Shown piece after piece: positions 9,484-19,015 of a stretch of DNA of 64,000 bases. Position 1 is the stretch's first letter. The number at the start of each line of letters is the position of its first letter. Below the pieces are notes generated by a model. The model saw nothing but the letters and a program-made list of their open reading frames with translations. It made no database searches and was not told the DNA's origin. This stretch comes from Candidatus Hadarchaeota archaeon (GTDB taxonomy: Archaea > Hadarchaeota > Hadarchaeia > Hadarchaeales > JAWBSP01), in NCBI GenBank assembly GCA_964632175.1, contig CAZWBJ010000003.1:5513-69512 (forward strand). The letters are read 5' to 3'. The translations under genes were made by a program, and so were the position numbers.

Positions 9484-11433
9484 ATGCCGCCTCACCAAGG
9501 GAAGGTTCTTTGGGTAGACCTTTCCGCACAGGAGGTCAGGGAGGAGGAGCTCGGAGAAGAAGTCTACAGGGCGCTGTTCGGTGGTTACGGTCTCGCCTCC
9601 AAGTTTCTCTTCGAGCGGATGAAACCGGGGGCAAACCCGCTGGGGGAGGAGAACATCCTTTGCTTCGCCGCCGGTCTTCTCAACGGGACTGGCGCTTGGT
9701 TCTGCGGGAGATACATGGTGGCGGCCAAGTCCCCCGTCACGGGCGGGTTCGGGATGGCCAACGCCGGCGGATCCTTTGGTCCGGAGCTCAGGAGGGCGGG
9801 CTATGATGCGATCTTCTTCACCGGGAGGAGCAGTCAACCGGTTTACTTCTACCTTGAGGACGGCAAAAAGGAGATCCGCGACGCCTCCCACCTCTGGGGA
9901 AAGGATGTCTACGAAACCGATGCTCTGATAAAGAAGGAAGCTCCGAGAGCCAAGGTGGCATGTATCGGGCAGGCGGGAGAGAAGCTTTCCCTCATCTCTG
10001 GGATAGTGAACGAGCGCAACCGCATCGCCGCCAGGACTGGCATGGGGGCGGTGATGGGGAGCAAGAAACTCAAGGCGGTGGCAGTAGTGGGAACCAAGAG
10101 GGTGGAGGTTCACTCAAGGGAGAGGTTGGTGCAGCTGAACAGGGAGTTCCTGGCCAAGTACAAGACATCGCTGACCAAGCTCACGGACGAGGACACTCTA
10201 AGAATGAGATGGGGCAGGTTCGTGCCACTTGTGGGTAGGCTCACCCTGTGGTCCTCCCTGCTGGTCAGAATTCAGCCGCTCTTCTTTCGCGTGTTGATGG
10301 GGAGGTACGGCACCCCGGGCTTTGCGGGATGGTCGATGACTTCACAGGATGCCCCCATAAAGAACTGGGCCGGAACGCAGGAGGATTTCTCCGTGAGGGA
10401 GGTCATGAGGCTGACGGATGAGTCCATCCTCAAGCTGAAAAAGGCGAGGCACGTCTGTGAGGCCTGCCCGCTGGGATGCACCAACCTTGTGGCCAGTGGC
10501 GGCAGGTACCAGCTCGAGGAGGTGAAGGTGGAGTACGAGTGTTTGGCGTCCTTTGGTTCCAACTGCCTGAACTCGGATCTTGAAACTGTTCTGAAAGAGA
10601 TAGACCTCTGCAACAGGGCCGGCTTGGACGGTATCTCAACGGGCTCCGTGGTTGCCTTTGCGTGCGAGTGCTATGAGAAGGGGCTGCTCACTGAGAAGGA
10701 GATAGGCTTCCCGCTGAGGTGGGGAGACGGGCAGACCCACGTGATGCTGGTGGAAAAGATCATCGCTAGAGAGGGCATCGGCGATCTCTTGGCCGATGGG
10801 GTGAAGAGGGCATCGGAGAAAATACCCAACTCAAAACCCCTGGCCGTGCACGCGGGCGGGATAGAGCTGGCGATGCACGATCCTCGCCAAGACCCAGGGT
10901 ATGGCATAGCATATCAGGCGGAGCCGGTCCCTGGCAAGCATCTTCACGCAGTGACCTTCATCGATTTGGAGCAGCTGGATCAAGTGTTGGGCGGCGAACC
11001 TTCTCCTTTGCTGTATCCAAAATCTTGGAGGTTCAGCAACTGGGAGTTCCATGGCAGGAGGGCGGCTCTTGCCTCGGCCTATTTCCACGCGCTTTCGGCG
11101 GCGGGGGCATGCCTCTTCGGTCCCCTGACGGCGGGGAAGAACTGGAGGTTGCTGGACTATGTTAATGCGGCTACCGGGTGGGACATGGGTCGGGAGGAGT
11201 TCCGTCGAGTGGGGGAGAGAATTCTGACTATAATGCAGGCCTTCAATTACAGGGAGGGGATAAGGCCGGAGGACTTCAGGCTCCCCCAGCGGGCGGTCGG
11301 GGGATGCAACCTCATCGAGGCCCAGTGGTCCTTCTTCCAGGAGCTGGGGTGGGATCCTGCAAGTGGGCTCCCGTCCGAGGAGAAGCTAAAGGAGCTGGGA
11401 TTGGAGGAAGTGAGGAGGCAACTTTACGGATGA
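9484..11433 (+). CDS. Tungsten-containing aldehyde:ferredoxin oxidoreductase family protein
   Basis: 650 aa. Has AOR N-terminal and catalytic domains (GRYMVAAKSPVTGGFGMANAGG) and an EACPLGC-type Fe-S Cys ligand block. Start taken at ATG 9484; the ORF-track start at 9385 is an extension. Confidence 0.85.
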   Translation: MPPHQGKVLWVDLSAQEVREEELGEEVYRALFGGYGLASKFLFERMKPGANPLGEENILCFAAGLLNGTGAWFCGRYMVAAKSPVTGGFGMANAGGSFGPELRRAGYDAIFFTGRSSQPVYFYLEDGKKEIRDASHLWGKDVYETDALIKKEAPRAKVACIGQAGEKLSLISGIVNERNRIAARTGMGAVMGSKKLKAVAVVGTKRVEVHSRERLVQLNREFLAKYKTSLTKLTDEDTLRMRWGRFVPLVGRLTLWSSLLVRIQPLFFRVLMGRYGTPGFAGWSMTSQDAPIKNWAGTQEDFSVREVMRLTDESILKLKKARHVCEACPLGCTNLVASGGRYQLEEVKVEYECLASFGSNCLNSDLETVLKEIDLCNRAGLDGISTGSVVAFACECYEKGLLTEKEIGFPLRWGDGQTHVMLVEKIIAREGIGDLLADGVKRASEKIPNSKPLAVHAGGIELAMHDPRQDPGYGIAYQAEPVPGKHLHAVTFIDLEQLDQVLGGEPSPLLYPKSWRFSNWEFHGRRAALASAYFHALSAAGACLFGPLTAGKNWRLLDYVNAATGWDMGREEFRRVGERILTIMQAFNYREGIRPEDFRLPQRAVGGCNLIEAQWSFFQELGWDPASGLPSEEKLKELGLEEVRRQLYG

Positions 11434-12563
11434 AGCGCTGTTTGGTCACCGGCTCCGGAGGCTTCATAGGTTCGCACGTGGTGAGGTGGTTGCTGAAGGA
11501 GGGTTACCAGGTGAGGGCCACCGACCTGCCTAGGGCGAACCTAGAATGGGCGGAGAAGGAGGGGGCGGAGGTGATGAAGGCGGACCTCTTAGACCGTAAG
11601 CAACTACCGGGGCTGTTGAAAGATGTTGAGTGGGTCTTTCACGTGGCGGGGCTCTTCGACTTCAGCCTCCCATATGAGGTGCTGTTCGATGCCAATGTGA
11701 TCGCCACCAGAAACGTGTGCGAGGCCGCTCTTCAGGCAGGGGTGGAATCTTTTGTGCACTGGAGCACGGTGGGGGTGTATGGCAGGACCCTGTACATACC
11801 CATAGACGAGGCCCATCCCAAGAACCCCACCAACAACTACGAGAAGACGAAGTGGATGGGCGAGCAGGTGGCGATGAGCTACGTGAGGAAGGGGCTCCCC
11901 CTCAGGGCCATCAGACCCACCCTCGTGTATGGGCCGGGGAGCAAGTACGGGGTGGCCCTCTTCCTCTCCACCGTGGTGGCCGGGTACTGGGAGGTCAAGA
12001 AGGCTCCGATAAGGATCGTGGGTGATATGCTCACCCACCATGTGCACGCGGACGACGTTGCTAGGGCGGCCATCCACTTGGCCAAAAAGCCGGAGACGGT
12101 GGGGAAGGCCTTCAACGTGGCGGATGACAAGCCCGTGAGCCTGACCGAGATGTTCGATGCCATGGCGGACGCTCTGGGCATCGAGAAGGGGGTGCCCCTC
12201 CCCATCCTCAAAAGGCTGGTGAAGGTGGTCATCGCCATGACCTCCCCGCTCGCCCCCACGCTGGAGAAGACCATCGTTTCAACTTTCAGGATGGTGAACA
12301 AATTCGCGCAGCAGAAATGGGAGGTGGTCGCCAAGAAGTACAACCTCAAGGATTTCCTCAGGCCCAGGATAGACATGGACTGGCTCTTCTCCTACGGGGC
12401 GGTCAAGCTCTCCACTTGGAAGTGGATACCGGCGGGGGACAAGTGGTACGACACCTCGGCCCTCAAGTCCACGGGCTTCACCTGCATGTGGCCGGACTTC
12501 AGGGAGGGGCTCAAAAAGACGGTGGAGTGGTACCAAGAGAACGGCTGGCTGCCCAAGCCATGA
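11430..12563 (+). CDS. NAD-dependent epimerase/dehydratase family (extended SDR) protein, paralog 2
   Basis: TGSGGFIGSH Rossmann motif and YxxxK (NNYEKTK). ATG 11430 overlaps the AOR stop (ATGA). Confidence 0.8.
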   Translation: MKRCLVTGSGGFIGSHVVRWLLKEGYQVRATDLPRANLEWAEKEGAEVMKADLLDRKQLPGLLKDVEWVFHVAGLFDFSLPYEVLFDANVIATRNVCEAALQAGVESFVHWSTVGVYGRTLYIPIDEAHPKNPTNNYEKTKWMGEQVAMSYVRKGLPLRAIRPTLVYGPGSKYGVALFLSTVVAGYWEVKKAPIRIVGDMLTHHVHADDVARAAIHLAKKPETVGKAFNVADDKPVSLTEMFDAMADALGIEKGVPLPILKRLVKVVIAMTSPLAPTLEKTIVSTFRMVNKFAQQKWEVVAKKYNLKDFLRPRIDMDWLFSYGAVKLSTWKWIPAGDKWYDTSALKSTGFTCMWPDFREGLKKTVEWYQENGWLPKP

Positions 12564-12592
12564 GGGATTTAAAAGGGGACAAGTGGTAAAAA

Positions 12593-12877
12593 ATGGCGTG
12601 GCTTCCCCTCTTCACGCTGGCGCTCGGCCTGCTTGGCCTTTTCGACGGCGGCTTTGTCATCTGGCAGGCTAGAGGGAAGGCTAGGGGAATAGGGGTGGCA
12701 ACCCTGATCTTGGGCCTAATTGGCATCCTACTCTTCTTGGACGGCACCTGGGGAGTTTTCGGGTTCATGCAGCAGTGGGGCACGGGGGCGGTCATAGAGG
12801 ACATAAAGACCCTGATAGCGGCCTTGGTGGGCGCCCTCATACCTACGGGTCTGCTCATCCTCGCTCTCCTCGAGTGA
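12593..12877 (+). CDS. Small membrane protein
   Basis: 94 aa with 3 hydrophobic helices. Follows the SDR by 30 nt. Confidence 0.4.
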   Translation: MAWLPLFTLALGLLGLFDGGFVIWQARGKARGIGVATLILGLIGILLFLDGTWGVFGFMQQWGTGAVIEDIKTLIAALVGALIPTGLLILALLE

Positions 12878-13245
12878 AAATCCTCCTCTGGCTTCTCCCC
12901 TTTGTGGACATCTTCCGCCTGCCCCAGATCATAGAATTTTACCGGGGCTGGGGGGTGGAGATTCCGCCCAAGCACGCGAAGGGAGGGCTGGTGGAAAGGC
13001 TTGCGGGATACCTGCCTGTCGGGGTGGTGAGCGGGTATTTTTTGGGCACCACCTCCCTTCTCCTCCTCCTGCTGGTCCTCCCGTTTGCGGGCGGGCTCGA
13101 GTTCTACCTGATGTTGAGGGGATTCAGGCCTTGGACTTTCTTCAAGGGAAAGCCCAGAATCTTGGTGCTTAAGGTCTTCCTGCTCGAGGCGTACAACGCC
13201 TCCGCTTATTTCATGCTCGGAGTCATGCTTGGAATCCTTTTCTAG
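12874..13245 (+). CDS. Small membrane protein
   Basis: GTG start that overlaps the previous stop (GTGA). Hydrophobic helices; the ORF-track 12775 start is an extension. Confidence 0.4.
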   Translation: MKILLWLLPFVDIFRLPQIIEFYRGWGVEIPPKHAKGGLVERLAGYLPVGVVSGYFLGTTSLLLLLLVLPFAGGLEFYLMLRGFRPWTFFKGKPRILVLKVFLLEAYNASAYFMLGVMLGILF

Positions 13246-13302
13246 GTTTGGGATGGGACATACCGGCACTCATCCCATAAAAGTTTTCAGCACCAGAACT
13301 TT

Positions 13303-15639
13303 ATGCGGCCAGCAATGTATCCAGTTCCGCCTCCTTCAATCTTCGCCCCTCTAGCGAAGGCAAGGGAAGTTGAGGGGGTGTCAGTTCAGGGATCCGAAGT
13401 GAAGAACCACCTACACAAAACCTTAGAGCTGAACGGTCGCTGGAAGTTTAAACCAGATCCTGAAGAAAAAGGCGAGGAGAGGGGCTGGTTCTACCCAGAG
13501 TTCTCGGACACCGATTGGGAGGAGATGGAGGTTCCAAGCAACTTTGTGGACAGGTGTGAACTCCAGAACTTTTATAAACCGGTTTGGTTCAGAAAAAGGT
13601 TCGGCAGGCTCGAGGGGGAGGTGAGAGTACTGTTTGAGGGAGTGGACTACCTGGCCGAGGTTTGGCTCAATGGGGAGAAACTGGGTGAGCACGAGGGTTA
13701 CTTCTGTCCCTTCCAGTTCAGGCTGACGGGCAAGCTTCAGGAGGAAAACGTGCTCGTGGTGAAGGTTCAGAATCCCTTTGACCGTGGCATAAGGGGCAGA
13801 GGGGTCCTGCTGACCTTCCTATCCACCAAGCACTACCCGAAGGGGGTCCTGAACTTTCACGACTGCAGGCCCGGCGACTGTCTGAGCCCGAAGCTTTCCC
13901 AATCGCTGGGGACAGGGGGGATATACAGGCCAGTTCGGCTCTTGGTCTCGGGGAGGGTTCATTTTGACTGGGTCCTCATCACGCCGGTTCTGGAGGGGAA
14001 GAACGCTAGGGCCCTTGTCGACGTTTTCCTTTCGAACGAAGCTAGCTCGCCGGAGGAGGTGGAACTTCAACTGGAGTTGGAAGGGGTAAGGAAGGCCTGG
14101 AAGGTCGTCGCCGAACCCGGTTGCAATCGCGTGCGGTTGGAGTGGCCGCTGGAGAATCCCAAGCTCTGGTTCCCGTGGGATCACCTCGAGCTTGGAGGCC
14201 CCCACCTCTACACCCTCAGGAGCAGGATTGTGAAGGATGGCGAGTGCTGGGACGAGAGGGAGGACAGGTTTGGTGTGAGGGAGGTGAGGCTGGGCGGGGA
14301 GCTTGAGAAGAGGGGAGATAGGAGGGTGGGGCCCGAGGCCTATCACTGGTTCCTCAACGGTAGGAAGATTTTCATCCGGGGAACTAACTATCTCTCCACG
14401 GAGTGGATGTCTAGGGTCTCGAGGGAGCTGTACGAGAAGGATGCAGAGCTCATAAAGCGGGCCAACATGAACATGGTGAGGGTTCACGCCCATCTTGAAC
14501 CCCCTCTTCTTTATGACGTCTTTGACGAACGGGGGATCATGGTCTGGCAGGATTTCACCCTCCAGTGGGGTTACAGGGCGGACAGGGAGTTCAGGGAGAA
14601 GTGCAAGAGAATGCTGGCCGAAATGATATACCTGTACTACAACCACCCCTCTGTCGTCCTCTGGTGTTGCCACAACGAACCGCTCTGGATATGGTTCAAG
14701 ATGGGGAACAGGAGGCTCGACGATGAACTCTTCCAGGTTGCCACCTCCATCGATCCCAGCCGCCCGGTGCACAAGGCCTCCGGGAAGGGGGATTCCCACA
14801 TATACTTGGGCTGGTACGGCGGACTTTTCACCAGCGTTAGGAAGAGGAGGGATCCCTTTCCCACCGAGTTCGGATCCCAAGCCATCCCTTTAGGCTTCAC
14901 GAGGTGGGTGGAGGATGCTTGGCCGCCGAAGGTGAAGAGATGGAGATATCACGACGCCCAGCTTTCCATTCTTTGTACCTACCTAGGAAGCTGGAGGAAA
15001 TATCGCACTTTTGAGGAATTTGCTAAGGCGAGCCAGCTCTACCAAGCGGAGCTCCTGAAGTACTACATCGAGCAGTTCAGGATCAAAAAATACAACCCGA
15101 CGGGCGGGTGTCTCAGCTTCTGGTTCGTGAACTGGTGGCCCTCCATCGGCTGGGGCGTGCTGGATCATGAGAGGAACCCCATGCTTGGGTACGAGGCCCT
15201 CAGGCAAGCCTACTCCCCCTTGCTGGTCTGCGTGGATTGGGAGAAGAGCATCTTCAGGAGGGGGGAGAAGGTCAGACTGCCCGTTTGGGTGGTGAATGAC
15301 TGGCACAGGGAATTCGGCACGTGTGTGGTTGAGTGGAGGCTGAGCAGAACCAGAAACCGGGTGATAGAGGGGAGCAGAAAGTGGACTTTCGCCGAAATCC
15401 ACCTACCATGGATTAACTTTCCTGTGCTCTCCATGCCAAGGACCGTCTGCCCTGGCGAGGAGAAGGCTGAAGTGTTATCGGAGGGATCCTTTGAGCTCGA
15501 GGTCCCGGCCGACTCAGTTCGGAAGGCGGGGGAGATTTCCCTCAGCTTCGGAGAGCCCATCGATTTGCGCCTTGAGCTTCTCCTAACGAGAGGAGAAGAA
15601 ACCCTCTCTTCCAACCGCTATCACTTCTTGGTTCGGTGA
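13303..15639 (+). CDS. Glycoside hydrolase family 2 (beta-mannosidase/galactosidase-like)
   Basis: 778 aa. Has the GH2 sugar-binding N-domain and TIM-barrel motifs (NMVRVHAHLEPP, HPSVVLWCCHNEP with the acid/base Glu). Confidence 0.75.
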   Translation: MRPAMYPVPPPSIFAPLAKAREVEGVSVQGSEVKNHLHKTLELNGRWKFKPDPEEKGEERGWFYPEFSDTDWEEMEVPSNFVDRCELQNFYKPVWFRKRFGRLEGEVRVLFEGVDYLAEVWLNGEKLGEHEGYFCPFQFRLTGKLQEENVLVVKVQNPFDRGIRGRGVLLTFLSTKHYPKGVLNFHDCRPGDCLSPKLSQSLGTGGIYRPVRLLVSGRVHFDWVLITPVLEGKNARALVDVFLSNEASSPEEVELQLELEGVRKAWKVVAEPGCNRVRLEWPLENPKLWFPWDHLELGGPHLYTLRSRIVKDGECWDEREDRFGVREVRLGGELEKRGDRRVGPEAYHWFLNGRKIFIRGTNYLSTEWMSRVSRELYEKDAELIKRANMNMVRVHAHLEPPLLYDVFDERGIMVWQDFTLQWGYRADREFREKCKRMLAEMIYLYYNHPSVVLWCCHNEPLWIWFKMGNRRLDDELFQVATSIDPSRPVHKASGKGDSHIYLGWYGGLFTSVRKRRDPFPTEFGSQAIPLGFTRWVEDAWPPKVKRWRYHDAQLSILCTYLGSWRKYRTFEEFAKASQLYQAELLKYYIEQFRIKKYNPTGGCLSFWFVNWWPSIGWGVLDHERNPMLGYEALRQAYSPLLVCVDWEKSIFRRGEKVRLPVWVVNDWHREFGTCVVEWRLSRTRNRVIEGSRKWTFAEIHLPWINFPVLSMPRTVCPGEEKAEVLSEGSFELEVPADSVRKAGEISLSFGEPIDLRLELLLTRGEETLSSNRYHFLVR

Positions 15640-16604
15640 AGCTGGTTTTTCTCTCCGGAGGGACCGGGACCCCCAAGCTAATTCAGGGCTTCCTCCAGCT
15701 GGTTAGGCAAGAGGAGATCACTGTCGTGGGCAACACGGGGGAAGACCTGGAGGTTAGCGGGCTTTACGTCTCACCGGATCTCGACACCCTTCTCTACACC
15801 CTCGCCGGCATCGTCAATGAGGAGACCTGGTATGGGATAAGGGGGGACACTTTTTTCGAACACGAGAGGCTGAAGTCGCAAGGTATTGTGGAGATTTTGA
15901 GGATAGGGGACAGGGACAGGGAGACCAAGAGGCTGAGGACCGAGCTGATGAGGAGGGGGCTCACCCTCTCGGAGGCGACGAGGGAGCTGTGCAGGAGGTT
16001 TGGGGTTAGGGCCAAGCTCCTTCCCATGTCCGACTCCAGGGTCACCACCCGCATCCTGACGAAAGAGGGGGAGATGAGCTTCCACGAGTTCTGGATCCTG
16101 CGGAGGGGGGAGGTGGAGGTGGAGGGAGTGAGAATGGAAGGGGCGGAGACGGCTGAGCCTGCACCGGGAGTCCTAGAGGCGCTGAGGGAGGCGGATCTTA
16201 TCGTCATCGGGCCCAGCAATCCCGTTACGAGCATCGGGCCCATCCTCTCCATCCGGAAGATCAGGGAGAGCCTAGAGGAGATGCGCGGGAAAGTGGTGGC
16301 GGTGAGCCCCATCATCGGCGGACGTCCCGTGAGCGGCCCGGCGGGGGTTCTGATGAGGGGACTGGGCTTCAAGGTCAGCCCGGTGGGCATCGCACAGATG
16401 TACAAAGGGGTGATCGGGACGCTTTTCGTGGATGCTAGGGATGCCGGGTACGCTGCCGAAATCCAAGAGCTTGGAATTTCCGTGCGATTTGCCGAGCTCC
16501 TCTTGCCGAACCACACGGCTAGAAAGAGGCTGGCCTCTCAGATTCTGACCCTGCTAAGGGGCGGGCAGGATCAACAGGAAGATCCAGAAGCTCAGCGCCG
16601 CTAA
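15636..16604 (+). CDS. cofD: 2-phospho-L-lactate transferase (LPPG:FO transferase) CofD
   Basis: CofD/UPF0052 signature N-terminus VFLSGGTGTPKLIQG. GTG start overlaps the GH2 stop (GTGA). Confidence 0.85.
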   Translation: MKLVFLSGGTGTPKLIQGFLQLVRQEEITVVGNTGEDLEVSGLYVSPDLDTLLYTLAGIVNEETWYGIRGDTFFEHERLKSQGIVEILRIGDRDRETKRLRTELMRRGLTLSEATRELCRRFGVRAKLLPMSDSRVTTRILTKEGEMSFHEFWILRRGEVEVEGVRMEGAETAEPAPGVLEALREADLIVIGPSNPVTSIGPILSIRKIRESLEEMRGKVVAVSPIIGGRPVSGPAGVLMRGLGFKVSPVGIAQMYKGVIGTLFVDARDAGYAAEIQELGISVRFAELLLPNHTARKRLASQILTLLRGGQDQQEDPEAQRR

Positions 16605-16784
16605 CCCTAGAAGGAGGGCAGCCAGAGCGAACTCCCGTTCCGTGCGGGGGGCATATAAGTATGAAATGGACCCGCAGACCACCGCTGTGATGCCGAAGAT
16701 AAAGGGAAAGTAGAGGAAGCCCAGCACGCCGAAGACCATGCCGGCGCAACCGAGCGCGATGGCGAGTTCCCTCCTGATTGGCAT
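16554..16784 (-). CDS. Possible small membrane protein
   Basis: 76 aa with 2 TM helices. It overlaps the cofD 3' end on the antisense strand, so it may be spurious. Confidence 0.25.
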   Translation of the reverse strand: MPIRRELAIALGCAGMVFGVLGFLYFPFIFGITAVVCGSISYLYAPRTEREFALAALLLGLAALSFWIFLLILPAP

Positions 16785-16923
16785 TCTTCCCTAAACCTGT
16801 GTGCTTAAAGTCTGAGGAAATCGAAATTTGAAACGTTGTTGGTGCCGCTAGCTTGCTGCCATATAAAATAAAACGAATAAGCTCGCGGAGTTGGCAAACC
16901 TCGACATGAGGAGCCGCACTATT

Positions 16924-18030
16924 TTACGATCCGGAGGCCAAAATTTCATATAGGGTCGATCTTTGAGCGGGAATCCTTCCCACTTCCAAGATGAGTTTCC
17001 TCAGCCTCCCCGGTGTCATGTACTGTCCCCACCTACCTCCAGCTTCCCTCGTTATGTTCTCCTCGAAAAGCGTTCCGCCTAAGTCGTTGGCCCCAGCGAG
17101 TAGCATGAGCTGCGCGCCTCGGGGACCGAGCTTAACCCAAGAGGCTTGAAGGTTTCTTATATATCTCCCCAGCACTAGCCTCGCCACCGCATGAAGACGC
17201 AGGCTTTCAAGCAGGCTGGGTCCCAAAACTTCTTTCCCGAGTTCGGTTCTTTTCCCCACAAAGGGCAGAGGAATGAATTCGGTGAACCCTCCCGTTCTCT
17301 TTTGAATTTCCCTGAGGAGCAGGAGGTGCTCGGCCCTCTCCCTCAGGTTTTCGACTGTCCCGTACATAACGGTGGCAGTGGTCGGGATGCCGAGGCTGTG
17401 GGCGGCTTCTATGATTTCAACCCACCTTTTCGCGCCTATCTTCTTAGGACATATAATCCCCCTCACTCGATCGGAGAGAATCTCAGCCGCGGTTCCTGGC
17501 ATGGACCCCAGCCCCTCCTTTCTCAGCGTTCTCAGCACCTCCCTCACGGACAGATTTTCTTTCTCCGCGAGGTGGGAGACTTCCTGCGGTGAGAAGGCAT
17601 GTATGTGTATGTCCTCAGAGACCTCCCTTATGGCACGCAGCACCTCCAAGTAATGATCCAGTCTTAGCCCTGGATGAATACCCCCCTGCACGCAAACCTC
17701 CGTGGCCCCGAGTGCCAAGGCCTCCCTCACTTTCTGCTTGATTTGTTCGGGGGTCAGCAGGAAGGCCCTTGGATGTCCGAGGGGTCGCCTAAAGGCACAG
17801 AAGCGACAGTCGTTGACGCATACGTTGGTGAAGTTTATATTTCTATTTATAACATAGGTCACGGTTTCCCCCACCTGCTTCTTTCTGAGTTCGTCCGCCT
17901 CCCTCACCAGCAACCGGATTTCCTCACCCCTTGCGGTGAGCAGGTATTCGGTCTGTGAGAGGTCAAGTTCCTTCTGGGCGGCCTCCTCTAAAATTTCTGG
18001 AAATTCCTCCCTAGCGGCGGTATCCTTCAT
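16924..18030 (-). CDS. cofH: FO synthase subunit 2 (radical SAM)
   Basis: CofH signature NRNINFTNVCVNDCRFCAF. 368 aa. Confidence 0.9.
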   Translation of the reverse strand: MKDTAAREEFPEILEEAAQKELDLSQTEYLLTARGEEIRLLVREADELRKKQVGETVTYVINRNINFTNVCVNDCRFCAFRRPLGHPRAFLLTPEQIKQKVREALALGATEVCVQGGIHPGLRLDHYLEVLRAIREVSEDIHIHAFSPQEVSHLAEKENLSVREVLRTLRKEGLGSMPGTAAEILSDRVRGIICPKKIGAKRWVEIIEAAHSLGIPTTATVMYGTVENLRERAEHLLLLREIQKRTGGFTEFIPLPFVGKRTELGKEVLGPSLLESLRLHAVARLVLGRYIRNLQASWVKLGPRGAQLMLLAGANDLGGTLFEENITREAGGRWGQYMTPGRLRKLILEVGRIPAQRSTLYEILASGS

Positions 18031-18994
18031 CGTCGGTCAGTCTCCTCACCACTTCCCTTACTTCCTCCGACATGAAATCCTCTCGGCGTACAAAAGAGGG
18101 ATAGATTGGGAGTCTTTCCCGCAGGGTGAAGCCCGCGCTCTCCAGCCTTTCCCTAAGCTGCTCCAGGTTTGGCCAGGGATGTTCTGGGTTTATGAAATCC
18201 GGGGTGAGAGGGGAGATGCCGCCCAGATCGTTGGCGCCCGCCTCGAGGAAGGGAAGCACATCGGAGACCAGATTTGGTGGAATCTGAATACCGAGCTCAG
18301 GGAAGATTTCCCTCGCCATCCTCACCGCTTCGAGAACCTCCTCATCGCTGGGTGGGGGAAAATTCTGCATGGGGGTTCCGGGCTTGGGGCGGAAGGGCTG
18401 GATGATGATCTCCTGCAGGTGTCCGTAGGCATCCTGTAGCCTCCTCAGGGCCTTCAGGGATTCCAGCCTCTGTTCTCTCGTTTCCCCGATTCCGATCAGG
18501 AGTCCCGTGGTGAAAGGAATCTTCAGCCTCCCGGCCGTCTCTATGAAAGCCAGCCTCAACTCCGGATTTTTTCCGGGGCTCTCCCGGTGAGCTTCCAGCT
18601 CAGCGGCACACTCGAGCATGAGCCCCATGCTGGCGTTGTACCTCCTCAGCCTCCTGAGCCCATCCGCCTCCATCACCCCAGCGTTGGTGTGCGGGAGCAG
18701 GTTGAGCCTGAGGATGCGCCTGCAGAGGTCCTCCAGGTACTCCACCGTGGATCTGAAACCCATCTCTTCCAGCCTTTCCCTAGCCTTCCGGTGGAACTCC
18801 GGGTACTCTCCCAAGCTTATGAGAACCTCCGAGCACCCCAGCTCCTTCGCCTTCAAAACCTTGGAGAAAACTTCCTGGGGGGATAAAAACCAAGCCTCGG
18901 CCGGATCCTTTCTGAAACCGCAGTAGGAGCAGCGGTTCCGGCACATGTTGGTAAGGGGGATGAAGACATTCTTGGAGTAGGTCACCACGGCCAT
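18011..18994 (-). CDS. cofG: FO synthase subunit 1 (radical SAM)
   Basis: CofG signature YSKNVFIPLTNMCRNRCSYCGF. 327 aa. Its 3' end overlaps the cofH start by 20 nt. Confidence 0.9.
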   Translation of the reverse strand: MAVVTYSKNVFIPLTNMCRNRCSYCGFRKDPAEAWFLSPQEVFSKVLKAKELGCSEVLISLGEYPEFHRKARERLEEMGFRSTVEYLEDLCRRILRLNLLPHTNAGVMEADGLRRLRRYNASMGLMLECAAELEAHRESPGKNPELRLAFIETAGRLKIPFTTGLLIGIGETREQRLESLKALRRLQDAYGHLQEIIIQPFRPKPGTPMQNFPPPSDEEVLEAVRMAREIFPELGIQIPPNLVSDVLPFLEAGANDLGGISPLTPDFINPEHPWPNLEQLRERLESAGFTLRERLPIYPSFVRREDFMSEEVREVVRRLTDDEGYRR

Positions 18995-19015
18995 CTAAAG
19001 GTTTCCCTCAAAAAA

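Noticed and set aside
13819-14880. 353-aa minus-strand ORF inside the GH2 gene
   Set aside because: Antisense to a gene with clear family motifs, and Pro/Gly/Arg-rich. It is a high-GC antisense artefact.
15794-16516. 240-aa minus-strand ORF inside cofD
   Set aside because: Antisense to cofD, with a Ser/Leu/Pro low-complexity translation.
16519-16749. Second 76-aa minus-strand ORF overlapping the cofD 3' end
   Set aside because: It is an alternative frame of the same antisense region and is R/G-rich low complexity. Only the hydrophobic-helix ORF (16554-16784) is kept, as a low-confidence feature.
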